Source: an uncultured Gemmatimonadaceae bacterium (GTDB lineage Bacteria; Gemmatimonadota; Gemmatimonadetes; Gemmatimonadales; Gemmatimonadaceae). From it: DNA of 64,000 nt. The translations under genes were made by a program, and so were the position numbers. Shown one piece after another: positions 1 to 9,676 of the stretch (position 1 is the stretch's first letter; the number at the start of each line of letters is the position of its first letter). The stretch covers positions 1,024,001-1,088,000 of the forward strand of contig CAWAGQ010000004.1 of assembly GCA_963781585.1 (NCBI GenBank), written 5' to 3'. A model generated the notes under the pieces. That model worked only from the letters and a program-made list of their open reading frames with translations. It searched no databases and was not told the DNA's origin.

Positions 1-149
1 CCGAGGGAGCGGACGACGATGATCCGCAGGAGCATCCTGTCGGGAAGGCGCAACCTTCGAGATTGATCGACGCCGGAGGCTTCGGCATGGGGCCCGCGCA
101 CCGGCGTTGCAGGTGCGAGCGAGTGCGGCGGCGGCGGCGATTCGGGCAT
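1..149 (-). CDS. Possible N-terminal part of a CDS running off the left edge (MPESPPPPHSLAP...MLLRIIVVRSL)
   Basis: ATG at 149, 4 nt past the stop of the upstream minus-strand gene; frame open to position 1. Confidence 0.3.
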   Translation of the reverse strand, partial: MPESPPPPHSLAPATPVRGPHAEASGVDQSRRLRLPDRMLLRIIVVRSL

Positions 150-153
150 CGTC

Positions 154-564
154 TCAGCTCGCTGCCTCACGGATGCGACGCCGAATGGGTTCGTTATCCG
201 CGAACACGTGCCACTCCGCGATCGCTCCGCGTTTCACCCGGGCGAGCCACGCGCCCGGCGTCTCCCAGCGATCCTCCCCATGCATCACGCCGTCCCGCGC
301 GTAGGTGCCCCGGGCGACACCAACCACCACGACGCTGCCCCTGTCGCCGAACGTGTGGTGGACGTCAATGAGATAGTCGGGGACCATCCGCAGGTATGCC
401 GCCCACCCGGCACGCAACCTCTCACGTCCTTCGAACACCGCGCCGAGCGAATCGACGAAGCGATGGTCGTCGGAGAGGCAGTGCACGATGCCATCGAGGT
501 CGTGCGCGTTGATGCGCTCGATGAAGCGACGCACGCTCGTGGCGGGAGAGGGATAGCGAGCCAT
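154..564 (-). CDS. SnoaL-like / NTF2 family protein
   Basis: 136 aa; VRRFIERINAHDLDGIVHCLSDD..F.D...GRE pattern typical of the NTF2-like fold. Confidence 0.8.
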   Translation of the reverse strand: MARYPSPATSVRRFIERINAHDLDGIVHCLSDDHRFVDSLGAVFEGRERLRAGWAAYLRMVPDYLIDVHHTFGDRGSVVVVGVARGTYARDGVMHGEDRWETPGAWLARVKRGAIAEWHVFADNEPIRRRIREAAS

Positions 565-632
565 GTCTCCGTCTGACTGCGTGTGATTCCTGTGGCCTCT
601 GCCGGGACGACGAGGAATGATAGTCCGTGAGA

Positions 633-1130
633 CTACAGGCAGAGGCTGAAATCAGCGACCCAGAGGGTACCGGAGCCGCTCAGGTTGCGATCGAGCGGTC
701 GGAATGCGCCCAGGCGACCTCCGAGGCACAACAATGGGATGACCTGCAGTTCGAATCCGGCGTAGCGCGGGTGGTGCGCGTCACCCGACAGGAGCAGCCA
801 CGACGCGCGTGCGCTCCACCCGCCAGCGAAACTCCCAACCGACTCCGCGTAGCCCGCCGACAGACGCTGCGCACCGATCCCCGGTTCGGCGAGCGCAAAG
901 AGGAAACGTGAACGATCCTCAGGCTCTACTCCGTCGCGCTTGAAGCCGGCGCCCACGGCAATGGACGCATTGGTCGGCCCGAAGAAGTGTAGCCCACCTC
1001 CCCAGCCGAAGTGCCACGCCGGCACCGAGTCGCTGGTTGCGGCGGAAGCCTGCGCTGCCACTACCGGCGTCGCGACCACAAGGAGCGTGAGCGCGAGAAA
1101 GAGCCTCGGGAGCGGGATTCGGCGGCGCAC
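633..1130 (-). CDS. Hypothetical exported protein (possibly beta-strand rich / outer membrane)
   Basis: Signal peptide (MRRRIPLPRLFLALTLLVVATPVVAAQ); alternating aromatic/Gly strands. Confidence 0.55.
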   Translation of the reverse strand: MRRRIPLPRLFLALTLLVVATPVVAAQASAATSDSVPAWHFGWGGGLHFFGPTNASIAVGAGFKRDGVEPEDRSRFLFALAEPGIGAQRLSAGYAESVGSFAGGWSARASWLLLSGDAHHPRYAGFELQVIPLLCLGGRLGAFRPLDRNLSGSGTLWVADFSLCL

Positions 1131-1162
1131 GCCGGATTGTACGTCCGGACAATGGCGGGTGC

Positions 1163-1208
1163 CAACACACGGCGCTCCGGGAGCCGGCTCCCGGAGCGCC
1201 GTGTGTTG
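1163..1208. terminator. Perfect 46-bp palindrome, terminator-like hairpin
   Basis: caacacacggcgctccgggagcc|ggctcccggagcgccgtgtgttg, 23/23 pairs, 24 nt downstream of the 1233 stop. Confidence 0.6.
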
Positions 1209-1232
1209 CGCTCACAACGTACCAGCCGGTGC

Positions 1233-4200
1233 TCAGCGCTCGAACAGCCACTCGTCCTTGAGCACGTCCACCGTCTTGGTCTGACTCATCCCCCCCACGG
1301 TGAGCGTCACCGCGTAGGTGCCCGGATCCACAGCACCGAACCCACCGAATCCGCCGCCTCGCCCACCACCACCGCCCCCACCACCACCCTGCGGCGGATT
1401 GGGCGCGAGATTCCACAGCACGCGGTTGATGCCGGCGTCCTTGGTGCCATCGAGGGCCCTGATCTCGCGACCGGTGGCGTCCTTGATAGTGATCTTCACG
1501 TCCCCCGACGCCGGTGTCTTGAGGTAGTAGCTGATGTACGTGCCGCGCGGCGGATTCGCACCCGAAAACACCTTCTGTCCGCCACCTTGCGACCCCAGCC
1601 GGCGGTCGTTCAGCCACGCCACCGCCGGCCGAACGTCGAACAGTGTCACGTCCGCGGATTGCACCGCTGGGGTCAGCTGCTGGAGCGGCGTGATGTCATC
1701 GGCGATCCACACGCCTCGCCCGTGCGTGGCCACGATCAGGTCCCCATCGCGCGGATGAATGAAGATGTCGTCGGTGCGCACGGTGGGATAATCGTTCATG
1801 AACTTCTTCCACGATTTGCCAGCATCGGTGGAGAGATAGAGGCCAAACTCGGTCCCGACGTACAGCAGATCCTTGTTCTTCGGATCTTCCTTCACGACCT
1901 GGATGTTGCCGTACGCCGGAAGATCGTTGGCGATGCTCTGGAAGGTCGCGCCGAAGTCGTGCGTGACGTAGAGATACGGTCTGAGATCATCGCTCCGGTG
2001 TCCGTCCACCGACACGTACGCCGTCGCCGAGTCGAAGTGCGAGGCGTCCACTCGCGAAATCCAGTACATGTTGCCGCGCGGCAGTCCCGGGAGGTTCTTT
2101 CCAACCTCGGTGAACGACACGCCCCCGTCACGCGTGACCTGCAGATTGCCGTCGTCGGTGCCGGCCCATACGATGCCAGGCTTCACCGGCGATTCGGAGA
2201 CCGTGATGATCGTGCTGTACTCGCTGAGGCCGTCGTTCTTCGACAGCATCGTCAGGTTCCCTTTCATCCCCATGATCTCGGCGTCATTGCGATCGTACTG
2301 CTTCGTGAGATCCGGGCTGGCGATCCAGGTGTCGCCACGATCGTACGACTTGAAGAGCCGGTTTCCGCCCAGCCAGAGCACCTGGGGATTGTGCGGCGAG
2401 ATGATGTAGGGCGTGTTCCAGTTGAAGCGGTACTGCTCGGTGGGCGGCAGGTTGATGACGTTCGAGCGCCCCCCGGCTCCACCACCGCCCCCGCCCCCGC
2501 CCCCACCGCCCCGCCCGCCGACGCCACGTGGTTTGATGCTGGGCGAGCGACCGGTCGCCACTTCGATGCGGTTGACGTTGCCGTCCTGTGACTCCGCGTA
2601 GATCACGTTGAAGTCTGTGGGATCCACGGCCGTGTAGAAACCGTCGCCGCCGCCAATGCGGAACCAATCGCTGTTGAGGATTCCGTTTCCGCTGCGACGC
2701 ATCGACGGTCCGGCCCAGCTGCCGTTGTCCTGGAGCCCGGTGTAGACCCAGTAGGGGTGCCCCATGTCAGCCGTCACCACGTAGGAGAGCGCCGTCGCCA
2801 TGGTATTCACGTAGTCCCAGGTCTTCCCCTGATCCCACGAGATATCCAGGCCCCCATCGTTGCCGATCATCAGGTGATTCGAGTTCTTCGGATCGACCCA
2901 GATGGCATGCTGATCGACGTGTCCGGGAGAGTCGTTCCCGCCGGCGTCATCGAGAGTGGCGAACGTCTTGCCGCCATCGACCGACTTGGCCACTGGAAGC
3001 CCGGCCACATAGATGATGTCCGGGTTCATTGCGTCGACGCGCAGTTGGCTGAAGTACATCGGCCGCGCATCGCAATTTGTGATGAGGCGGAACGACCCCC
3101 CGGCGTTGTCCGACCGGAAGACGCCGCCCCGCGACAGATCGAGCTTCGGCGGCGTCTGCGGCTCCGCCGGCGCCGCTTGCTGTCCGCCACGTCCGCCGCC
3201 CCGCCCGAAGCCGTGCGTCGGACCGCCATTGTTACACCAATCGAATCCGCCCCGTCCACCGCCGCCCCCGCCACCACCACCACCACCGCCGCCCGCCCGC
3301 CCAGCGCGACCCGCCGCGCCCGGCTGATTCGCGGGCTGGGGCGGCGGCGCACCGCCACGACCACGGCCGGCGTCGGGAGTCCCCGTCACACCCGCCTCGA
3401 CCTGCACGTACACGATATTCGGATTCGACCGTGAGACATCCAGGGCAATGCGCCCGTAGGTCACGCCCGTCGGAAGGCCGCTGGTGAGCTTGTTCCAGGT
3501 ACGCCCCGCGTCCGTCGATTTCCAGACTGCGCTCCCGGGCCCTCCCCCGTTGAAGCAGCACGTGGTGCGGCGGCGCTGATAGCTGGAGGCGTAGAGCACA
3601 CTCGGATTCGCGTGATCGATTGCGATGTCGTTGAAGCCGGTGTCCTCATCGATGTACTTCACCTTCGTCCAGGTCCTGCCGCCGTCGGTGGACTTGTAGA
3701 TGCCGCGATCCGGACTGGAACCGAACAGATGGCCCGGCGAGGCCACGTACACCGTCTCGGGATTCCGCGGGTCGATGACGATGCGCGCGATCGTCTGCGT
3801 CTCCCGCAGCCCCATCGGCTGGAAGGTCTTCCCGCCATCGGTCGTCTTGTAGAGGCCGGCGCCGAACGACGACGTCTGGCGATTGTTCGGCTCGCCCGTT
3901 CCCACGTACACGATGTTCGGGTTGGTCGGATGAATCGCGATGTCGCCGATCGACGCGACCTCGTAGGTCTGGAAGACCGGCTCGAACGTCGTGCCGTTGT
4001 TTTCCGACTTCCATACACCGCCCACGGCGTATCCGAGATAGATGATGTTCGGATTCGACTCGGACACGGCGATGTCGTCGAGGCGCCCCCCCATGCCGGC
4101 GGGCCCGACGTTGCGGAATCGGAACGACTTCAGCAGGGGATCGGAAGACTGATTGAACATGGGGCCGGACTCTTCCTGTCCACCACCGCGTCCCTGCGCG

Positions 4201-4271
4201 GCAAGCCCGGTCGCGCCCACCAGGAGCGCCGAGAGAGTGCAGAGCGAATACCGCCGAAGTCCGCTGTCCAT
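1233..4271 (-). CDS. VPS10/sortilin-like BNR-repeat beta-propeller protein (putative exported glycosyl hydrolase)
   Basis: Signal peptide; FRNVGPAGMGGR N-terminal motif; many Asp-box SxDxGxTW repeats; LIVATHGRG; Gly/Arg-rich inserts. Confidence 0.85.
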   Translation of the reverse strand: MDSGLRRYSLCTLSALLVGATGLAAQGRGGGQEESGPMFNQSSDPLLKSFRFRNVGPAGMGGRLDDIAVSESNPNIIYLGYAVGGVWKSENNGTTFEPVFQTYEVASIGDIAIHPTNPNIVYVGTGEPNNRQTSSFGAGLYKTTDGGKTFQPMGLRETQTIARIVIDPRNPETVYVASPGHLFGSSPDRGIYKSTDGGRTWTKVKYIDEDTGFNDIAIDHANPSVLYASSYQRRRTTCCFNGGGPGSAVWKSTDAGRTWNKLTSGLPTGVTYGRIALDVSRSNPNIVYVQVEAGVTGTPDAGRGRGGAPPPQPANQPGAAGRAGRAGGGGGGGGGGGGGRGGFDWCNNGGPTHGFGRGGGRGGQQAAPAEPQTPPKLDLSRGGVFRSDNAGGSFRLITNCDARPMYFSQLRVDAMNPDIIYVAGLPVAKSVDGGKTFATLDDAGGNDSPGHVDQHAIWVDPKNSNHLMIGNDGGLDISWDQGKTWDYVNTMATALSYVVTADMGHPYWVYTGLQDNGSWAGPSMRRSGNGILNSDWFRIGGGDGFYTAVDPTDFNVIYAESQDGNVNRIEVATGRSPSIKPRGVGGRGGGGGGGGGGGAGGRSNVINLPPTEQYRFNWNTPYIISPHNPQVLWLGGNRLFKSYDRGDTWIASPDLTKQYDRNDAEIMGMKGNLTMLSKNDGLSEYSTIITVSESPVKPGIVWAGTDDGNLQVTRDGGVSFTEVGKNLPGLPRGNMYWISRVDASHFDSATAYVSVDGHRSDDLRPYLYVTHDFGATFQSIANDLPAYGNIQVVKEDPKNKDLLYVGTEFGLYLSTDAGKSWKKFMNDYPTVRTDDIFIHPRDGDLIVATHGRGVWIADDITPLQQLTPAVQSADVTLFDVRPAVAWLNDRRLGSQGGGQKVFSGANPPRGTYISYYLKTPASGDVKITIKDATGREIRALDGTKDAGINRVLWNLAPNPPQGGGGGGGGGRGGGFGGFGAVDPGTYAVTLTVGGMSQTKTVDVLKDEWLFER

Positions 4272-4555
4272 GGGCTACTATCCTCGTTGGAGGGCGAAGG
4301 AACGCGACTGGACGACCATCGCTGAACGCGCAGCGCTTGAATGCTGGAACTGGGCGCGGGTTGTGTGTCGCGTCCAGTATCCCGCCGGGCGCCGAGGTGT
4401 CAAGGTGGCGGCGCTGTGGCGCAAGTAGCCCGTCTGCGACTTCGGCGCTCGGCGGGTGCCGTGGGTCTTCGCCTCAAGTACGCCGCCGCACGGCGGATCG
4501 TTGCCGCCTCGCGACGGGGCTCCCGTTGCCGCCAACTCGTTAGGTCGCCCTCGAC

Positions 4556-5716
4556 CTATGGCATCAGGAGCGGCGGCCCGCCACCCAGCGTATTCAGGAC
4601 CATGACGTCCGAGAGCGTCAGGGTGCCGGTGCTCACGACGACCAGCCGGGTCACCTCCGGGCCGTACAGCGGGCCGTCGGAGCGGATTCCCGTCACCACG
4701 TAGTAGCGCTGGCCGTCCCCGCTCACCACGCCGCCGCCGACGCCCAGAGGCCGTACGCCTCCAGGCAGAGCGTGCAGGTCTACCACTGCCACCAGCTCCA
4801 GATCCGGCCGGAGAACATGAATGAGATCCGAACTGGGCTGCGTTGCCGTTCCCGGCGCCACCATGAAGAAGCGCCCGTCCCGCGGAGAACGGACCACCAG
4901 ACCGCCATTGGGGCGCACCGCCGATGCCGTAGTGCGCCAGGCGACCACATCCACCCGCAGAAGGCGGGTATCGGTTGCGACCACCATCTCGCGGCCGTCG
5001 TTCGCTGCGCTGACTTGCAGGACGTGCGATGACGGGCGCGCGAACACCAGCGAATCCGTAAGGGTCATCGGCGACCCCGTCAGCACGTACAGGTGCGCCC
5101 GAAGATTCTGCTGTGGACCATCGTCTCCGAAAACGATGAGCCCGCCTCCCGGAAAGCGTGGGTTGGGTGGGAGATACGCCAACCCACCTGGTCGGGTTGC
5201 CAGCGGACCAAAAAAGTCGGTGACGGCTCCCCGATCCGTGTCAAACGTGGCAACGCCAACGGCGCCATCCCGGCGGGACCGCCACAGGTACAGCTCGTGG
5301 TGGGAGGGGTGCGCGGCGATCGCCCCAGTGCCAAGTGAGGTCCCGTCGTACAGGACCTGGCCGTTTCCGGTGGCGGTCACGTAACGCCAGAGCTGGGTGC
5401 CGGTGCCTGCGTCGAATCCCAGGAGAACCTGCTCGCCAGTGGCGGTCGTCCCGGTGGTCACCAGATCGCCACCGTTCAGAAAGGTCGGCCCCTGGCCGGT
5501 GAGTCGCGGGCCGATGGCCCTGACTATGGCCCGCCTGGCCGGGTCCACCACGACCGCGGCCGCGTCCTCGGTGGCCGGGACCAACAGCAGATCGGCTTTG
5601 GCCGACGCGTCAGGCGTTGTTGCGTCCTTGCATCCCAGCAGCACGCCCGACGACGCCAGGAACAGCCCCACGACGAGGCGAAGAGAAAGGGATGGCAACT
5701 CGTCGCGGCCCTGCAC
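4556..5716 (-). CDS. Putative lipoprotein, YncE/YVTN-like beta-propeller
   Basis: Lipobox-like LLGC after a hydrophobic stretch; repeated beta-rich segments. Confidence 0.55.
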   Translation of the reverse strand: MQGRDELPSLSLRLVVGLFLASSGVLLGCKDATTPDASAKADLLLVPATEDAAAVVVDPARRAIVRAIGPRLTGQGPTFLNGGDLVTTGTTATGEQVLLGFDAGTGTQLWRYVTATGNGQVLYDGTSLGTGAIAAHPSHHELYLWRSRRDGAVGVATFDTDRGAVTDFFGPLATRPGGLAYLPPNPRFPGGGLIVFGDDGPQQNLRAHLYVLTGSPMTLTDSLVFARPSSHVLQVSAANDGREMVVATDTRLLRVDVVAWRTTASAVRPNGGLVVRSPRDGRFFMVAPGTATQPSSDLIHVLRPDLELVAVVDLHALPGGVRPLGVGGGVVSGDGQRYYVVTGIRSDGPLYGPEVTRLVVVSTGTLTLSDVMVLNTLGGGPPLLMP

Positions 5717-5744
5717 AGCCCCTCTTTTCAGTTGCCAAAGCGCG

Positions 5745-5918
5745 TCAGAATTCGCGGCGCTTCATCTCGCGGAACATGCGTTGTATTTCGCCCGTCTCGT
5801 CCTGGTTCCGACGCGTCGCATCGAGCGTCGCATCGTACGTTCGGGACCGGTTGGTCTGTACCCTGGCCGCCCTCGCTGCGTTTTTCCGTGCCAGCGCCTC
5901 GAGCTTCTTCTGGTTCAT
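5745..5918 (-). CDS. Small basic hypothetical protein, 57 aa (MNQKKLEALARKNAARAARVQTNRSRTYDATLDATRRNQDETGEIQRMFREMKRREF)
   Basis: Not in the ORF track; ATGA overlap with the terB-like stop at 5915-5918; fills the gap to the next gene. Confidence 0.65.
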   Translation of the reverse strand: MNQKKLEALARKNAARAARVQTNRSRTYDATLDATRRNQDETGEIQRMFREMKRREF

Positions 5919-6403
5919 GACCCTTCTGCTCCTTTTTGCGGAGTCCTTTGGGTAGCAGCCGCTGCCTTGGCTGCTGAAAGATAGCCGGGTTCGAGCTCGA
6001 GAAGGTTGGCGATCTTCCGCGTGAGGTATTGCTCATGCTCGGCAATCTTCCCGTCGGCCAGAACCAGCCCCCACATCACCTCGGCCAGTACCATCTTCTG
6101 ACCAAGGTCATAGCGCTTCTGTAACATCGACGTGAAGTGAAAGTGGTCGATCGACTTCCGCCGTTCGGCGTCGGCGATTTCGATGAGGCGTCGGCCGGCT
6201 TCCGGCTCCAACCCGAAGTGGCGCTCCAGAACGGCGTCGAGATGGGCGCGTTCTGGGGCCGTGAACTCGCCATCCGCGTACGCCACTTCGAGCAGCAGCG
6301 CGCAGGCCGCCAGATGGAGAGGATCGACGTCGGGATCGGGGGACGCGGTCGGTGCGGCGTCCTTACGCGGGGCAATCAGGGATCGAATCTGGTCCAGGAT
6401 CAT
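5915..6403 (-). CDS. TerB family (tellurite-resistance-like) protein
   Basis: LAACALLLEVAYADGEF..E and LADG.I..HE..L.RKIA.LL motifs. Confidence 0.85.
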   Translation of the reverse strand: MILDQIRSLIAPRKDAAPTASPDPDVDPLHLAACALLLEVAYADGEFTAPERAHLDAVLERHFGLEPEAGRRLIEIADAERRKSIDHFHFTSMLQKRYDLGQKMVLAEVMWGLVLADGKIAEHEQYLTRKIANLLELEPGYLSAAKAAAATQRTPQKGAEGS

Positions 6404-6590
6404 TCCTGCCTCCAGTCGTTTGGGAGCGGCGAGGAGAGAGGCCCGTGGCCGCCTGCCGGCAGCCGCGCGCGCCGCCTATCGCAAGGTACTGCACTGTGAC
6501 AAGGGTGTCAGCACGCGAAGACATCGGTTGCCGCGCCCGCGTTACTCGTGCTTCTTTGTTGCCGCCTCGTCACTCGTCGGAGCGCACGCG

Positions 6591-7271
6591 ATGTCGCAAA
6601 CCGGGAAACCAGGATTCCGGATTCTCCCCGCCCCGCCGCGGCTGAGCACTGATGTGGTGGAGCGCTTTCGCGGCTTCGCGAGTTCCAATCTGGCCGATGC
6701 GATGGGGCGCTTCCGGTACATGGACCCGGGGATTCAGTCCCGGAGCGGCCGGTCGCTTTGCGGAATCGCCCTGACCGCCCTCTGCCGTCCAGCGGATAAC
6801 CTCATGGTCCACAAGGCGCTCGCGGTGGCCGCTCCGGGCGACGTCGTGGTAGTGAACACCGGCGGCAACCTCACGAGCGCGGTGTTCGGTGAGCTGATGT
6901 GTCACACCGCCATGGGAGCGCGGTTGGGCGGGATTGTGGTGGACGGCGCGATCCGGGACGTGGAGGGCATTACAGAGCTGGGCCTCCCGGCCTTCAGCCG
7001 AACCGTGAGTCCCGGAGGCTGCGACAAGGATGGACCCGGCGAGATCAACGTGCCCGTGTGCTGCGGCGGCACCGTCGTCTCCCCGGGCGACATCATCGTG
7101 GGCGACGGCGACGGAATCGCCGTGGTGCCACGCGAGCTCGCCATGGAGATCCTGGATCTCGTCGGCGCTCTGCAGGCGCGCGAGCGCGATCGGGTCGCGG
7201 AGATTCGCGCCGGCGCCCTGTTCCGGGCCGAGATCGACGAGACCTTGCGCCGCAAGGGCGCGATCGAATGA
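6591..7271 (+). CDS. RraA family protein / HMG-CHA aldolase-like
   Basis: DNLMVH, GELM, DGAIRD, GPGEINVPV.CGG..V.PGDIIVGDGDG motifs; start re-called to ATG 6591. Confidence 0.88.
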   Translation: MSQTGKPGFRILPAPPRLSTDVVERFRGFASSNLADAMGRFRYMDPGIQSRSGRSLCGIALTALCRPADNLMVHKALAVAAPGDVVVVNTGGNLTSAVFGELMCHTAMGARLGGIVVDGAIRDVEGITELGLPAFSRTVSPGGCDKDGPGEINVPVCCGGTVVSPGDIIVGDGDGIAVVPRELAMEILDLVGALQARERDRVAEIRAGALFRAEIDETLRRKGAIE

Positions 7272-8422
7272 ACCCGGACCCCGCGTCCCTGGTGCTGATG
7301 ACACCGGGACCGACGCGCGTGCCCGAGCGCGTCCTGCGCGCCGGAGCCCGGCCCATGCTGCACCACCGCACGCCGGAGTTCTCACGGGAACTGGCCGCGG
7401 TCCTCGAGCTGCTCGCTCCGGTATTCGGCACCGCCGGGCGTGTGCTGCCGGTGCACACCACCGGTCGCGGTGCGATGGAAGCCACGATCTGCAACCTCTT
7501 CTCGCCCGGCGAGGAGATCGCAGTCTGCTGCAATGGCAAGTTCGGCGAGATGTGGGCGTCGTTCGCGGAATCGTACGGCCTCGTGGTGCATCGCTTCGCG
7601 CGAAGCTGGCACGAGGACATCGATCCTCTGGAGCTGGAGCACGCGTTCGACGAACATCGGCGCCTGAAGGCCCTGGCCCTGGCCTTCGGCGACACCTCCA
7701 CCGGCGTGTGCAATGACGTCGAGGCGGCCAGCCGCATCGCTCACGCCCGCGGCGTCCTGGTGCTCGTGGACGGCGTATCGTCGTTAGGCGGCATGCCGTT
7801 CGCTTTCGACGCCTGGGGTGTGGATGTCGCCATCACGGCTTCACAGAAGTGCCTGATGTCGGCGCCGGGACTGTCATTCGTCGCGGTCAGCGAGCGGGGC
7901 TGGGCGGCGGTCGCGCGGTCGCGACTCCCCCGCAACTACTGGGACTTCCGTGCGATTCGCGACGAGGTGTCCAAGCCGCGGCCGGAAACCCCCGGAACGA
8001 CGCCCGTGCACATCGTCCTGCAGGTGGCCGAGGCACTCCGGATGATGCACGAGGAGGGACTCGCCGCCGTCTTCGCGCGTCACGAGAGCATGGGCGCGCG
8101 CACCCGCGAAGGCGTGGCGGCTCTCGGACTCTCACTGCAGTGCGGCACCCTGCGGCGCCTGTCGCCCACGCTCACGGCGGTCGCGCTGCCGACCTCGATC
8201 GCGCCACGGGCCCTGCGTGACGCGATGAAGGAACGCGGCATTCTCACCGCTGCCGGACTGGGCCCGTTCGCCACCACGGCCTTCCGAATCGGCCACATGG
8301 GAGACATCCGCCTCGCCGACGTGGAACGGACGCTGGACGTCCTGGCACAGGTACTCCCTGCCACGCGTGAAGCGACAGCATCAGCCCCCGCGCCCGGCGC
8401 CCGCGGCGTGCCGGCCGAGTGA
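7268..8422 (+). CDS. Class V PLP aminotransferase (alanine-glyoxylate / serine-pyruvate family)
   Basis: LMTPGPT, DTSTG, VDGVSS, ASQKCLMSAPG (PLP Lys), FRIGHMG; ATGA overlap with upstream gene. Confidence 0.9.
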   Translation: MNPDPASLVLMTPGPTRVPERVLRAGARPMLHHRTPEFSRELAAVLELLAPVFGTAGRVLPVHTTGRGAMEATICNLFSPGEEIAVCCNGKFGEMWASFAESYGLVVHRFARSWHEDIDPLELEHAFDEHRRLKALALAFGDTSTGVCNDVEAASRIAHARGVLVLVDGVSSLGGMPFAFDAWGVDVAITASQKCLMSAPGLSFVAVSERGWAAVARSRLPRNYWDFRAIRDEVSKPRPETPGTTPVHIVLQVAEALRMMHEEGLAAVFARHESMGARTREGVAALGLSLQCGTLRRLSPTLTAVALPTSIAPRALRDAMKERGILTAAGLGPFATTAFRIGHMGDIRLADVERTLDVLAQVLPATREATASAPAPGARGVPAE

Positions 8423-9672
8423 AGCTGCATACCAGCATCCTCCTTGGCCTGGTGGCCGGGGCCGCGGTGGGCGGCGCGGCTCGCCTTGCCGGGGCGCCGC
8501 TGCAGCGCGCGGTGTTGCTCGCCGAGCCGCTCGGCACGGCGTTCATTCGACTGGTTACGATGGTCGTGGTTCCGCTGGTCATCGCCAGCCTGTTCGTCGG
8601 AGTCGCTTCACTCGGGGATGTGCGCCGCCTGGGACAGATCGGCGGTCGCAGTCTGGGCTGGTTTCTCGCGACGACCGTGGCAGCCGCGACAATCGGCCTC
8701 GCTACGGCGCTGGTGCTTCATGTCGGTCGAAATGCGCCGGCTGTAGCGTTCGCCAGCCAGGCAGCCAACGGCGCAGACGCGCCCGATGGTGTGAGCGCAG
8801 CCGGACTTGGCAAGGCGCTGCTGGCTCTCATCCCGCAGAATCCGTTTGCCGCCGCGGCGCAGGCCGATCTGCTCCCACTGATCGTCGCGGTGTGCCTGTT
8901 CGCGGCCGCGGCAACCGCGATCGGCGAGGAGCGTCGTCGGCCGCTGCTGTCCTTCTTCGAGAGCGTGAACGACGTGGCGATGGTGCTGATTCGCTGGCTG
9001 ATGGCACTCGCGCCGGCCGCAGTCCTGGTACTCATCGCCGCGACGGTCGCACGGTCGGGGCTGGCGATGCTGCGGAGTCTGTTGTGGTACGCGGTCGTGG
9101 TCGTTATCGCGTTAGGCATTCACGTCGGCGCGGTACTGCTGCCGCTGCTGCGGGCGCGCGCCGGGCTGGGGGTGGGCGGGTTCCTGCGTGCCGTGGGCGA
9201 TGCGCTGCTGCTTGCCCTGTCGACCGCCTCGTCGAGCGCGACCCTGCCGGTGAGCATGGCCGCGGCGCGGGACCGCCTTGGCATTCCCAACGAAGTGGCG
9301 AGTTTTCTGCTTCCCGCGGGTACGACCCTGAACAAGAACGGGGCCGCGGTTTACAAGGCCGTCACCGCGGTGTTCCTGGCGCAGGTCTACGGCCTTCACC
9401 TCGACCCGGTGCGGCTCGGCGTCATTCTGATCACCGCCTCCGTGGCCGCCTTTGCCGGGGCCGGCGTACCTGGAAGCTCCCTCGTCACGACCCTCATCGT
9501 GCTCAACGCGATCGGACTCGGTCCACGCGCGGCGGCCGGCATCGCGTTGGTCACGGGCATCGACCGGCCGCTCGACATGTGTCGCACCACCGTCAACACG
9601 CTCGGCAACCTGGTTGGTGCCGCGGTTGTCGCCCGCCGCCACCAGGGCACACCCGAGTCCGGGCGGAGGTGA
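8419..9672 (+). CDS. Dicarboxylate/amino acid:cation symporter (DAACS/SLC1)
   Basis: FIRLVTMVVVPL, STASSSATLP, AGVPG, DRPLDMCRTTVN; GTGA overlap. Confidence 0.9.
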   Translation: MKLHTSILLGLVAGAAVGGAARLAGAPLQRAVLLAEPLGTAFIRLVTMVVVPLVIASLFVGVASLGDVRRLGQIGGRSLGWFLATTVAAATIGLATALVLHVGRNAPAVAFASQAANGADAPDGVSAAGLGKALLALIPQNPFAAAAQADLLPLIVAVCLFAAAATAIGEERRRPLLSFFESVNDVAMVLIRWLMALAPAAVLVLIAATVARSGLAMLRSLLWYAVVVVIALGIHVGAVLLPLLRARAGLGVGGFLRAVGDALLLALSTASSSATLPVSMAAARDRLGIPNEVASFLLPAGTTLNKNGAAVYKAVTAVFLAQVYGLHLDPVRLGVILITASVAAFAGAGVPGSSLVTTLIVLNAIGLGPRAAAGIALVTGIDRPLDMCRTTVNTLGNLVGAAVVARRHQGTPESGRR

Positions 9673-9676
9673 ACGA

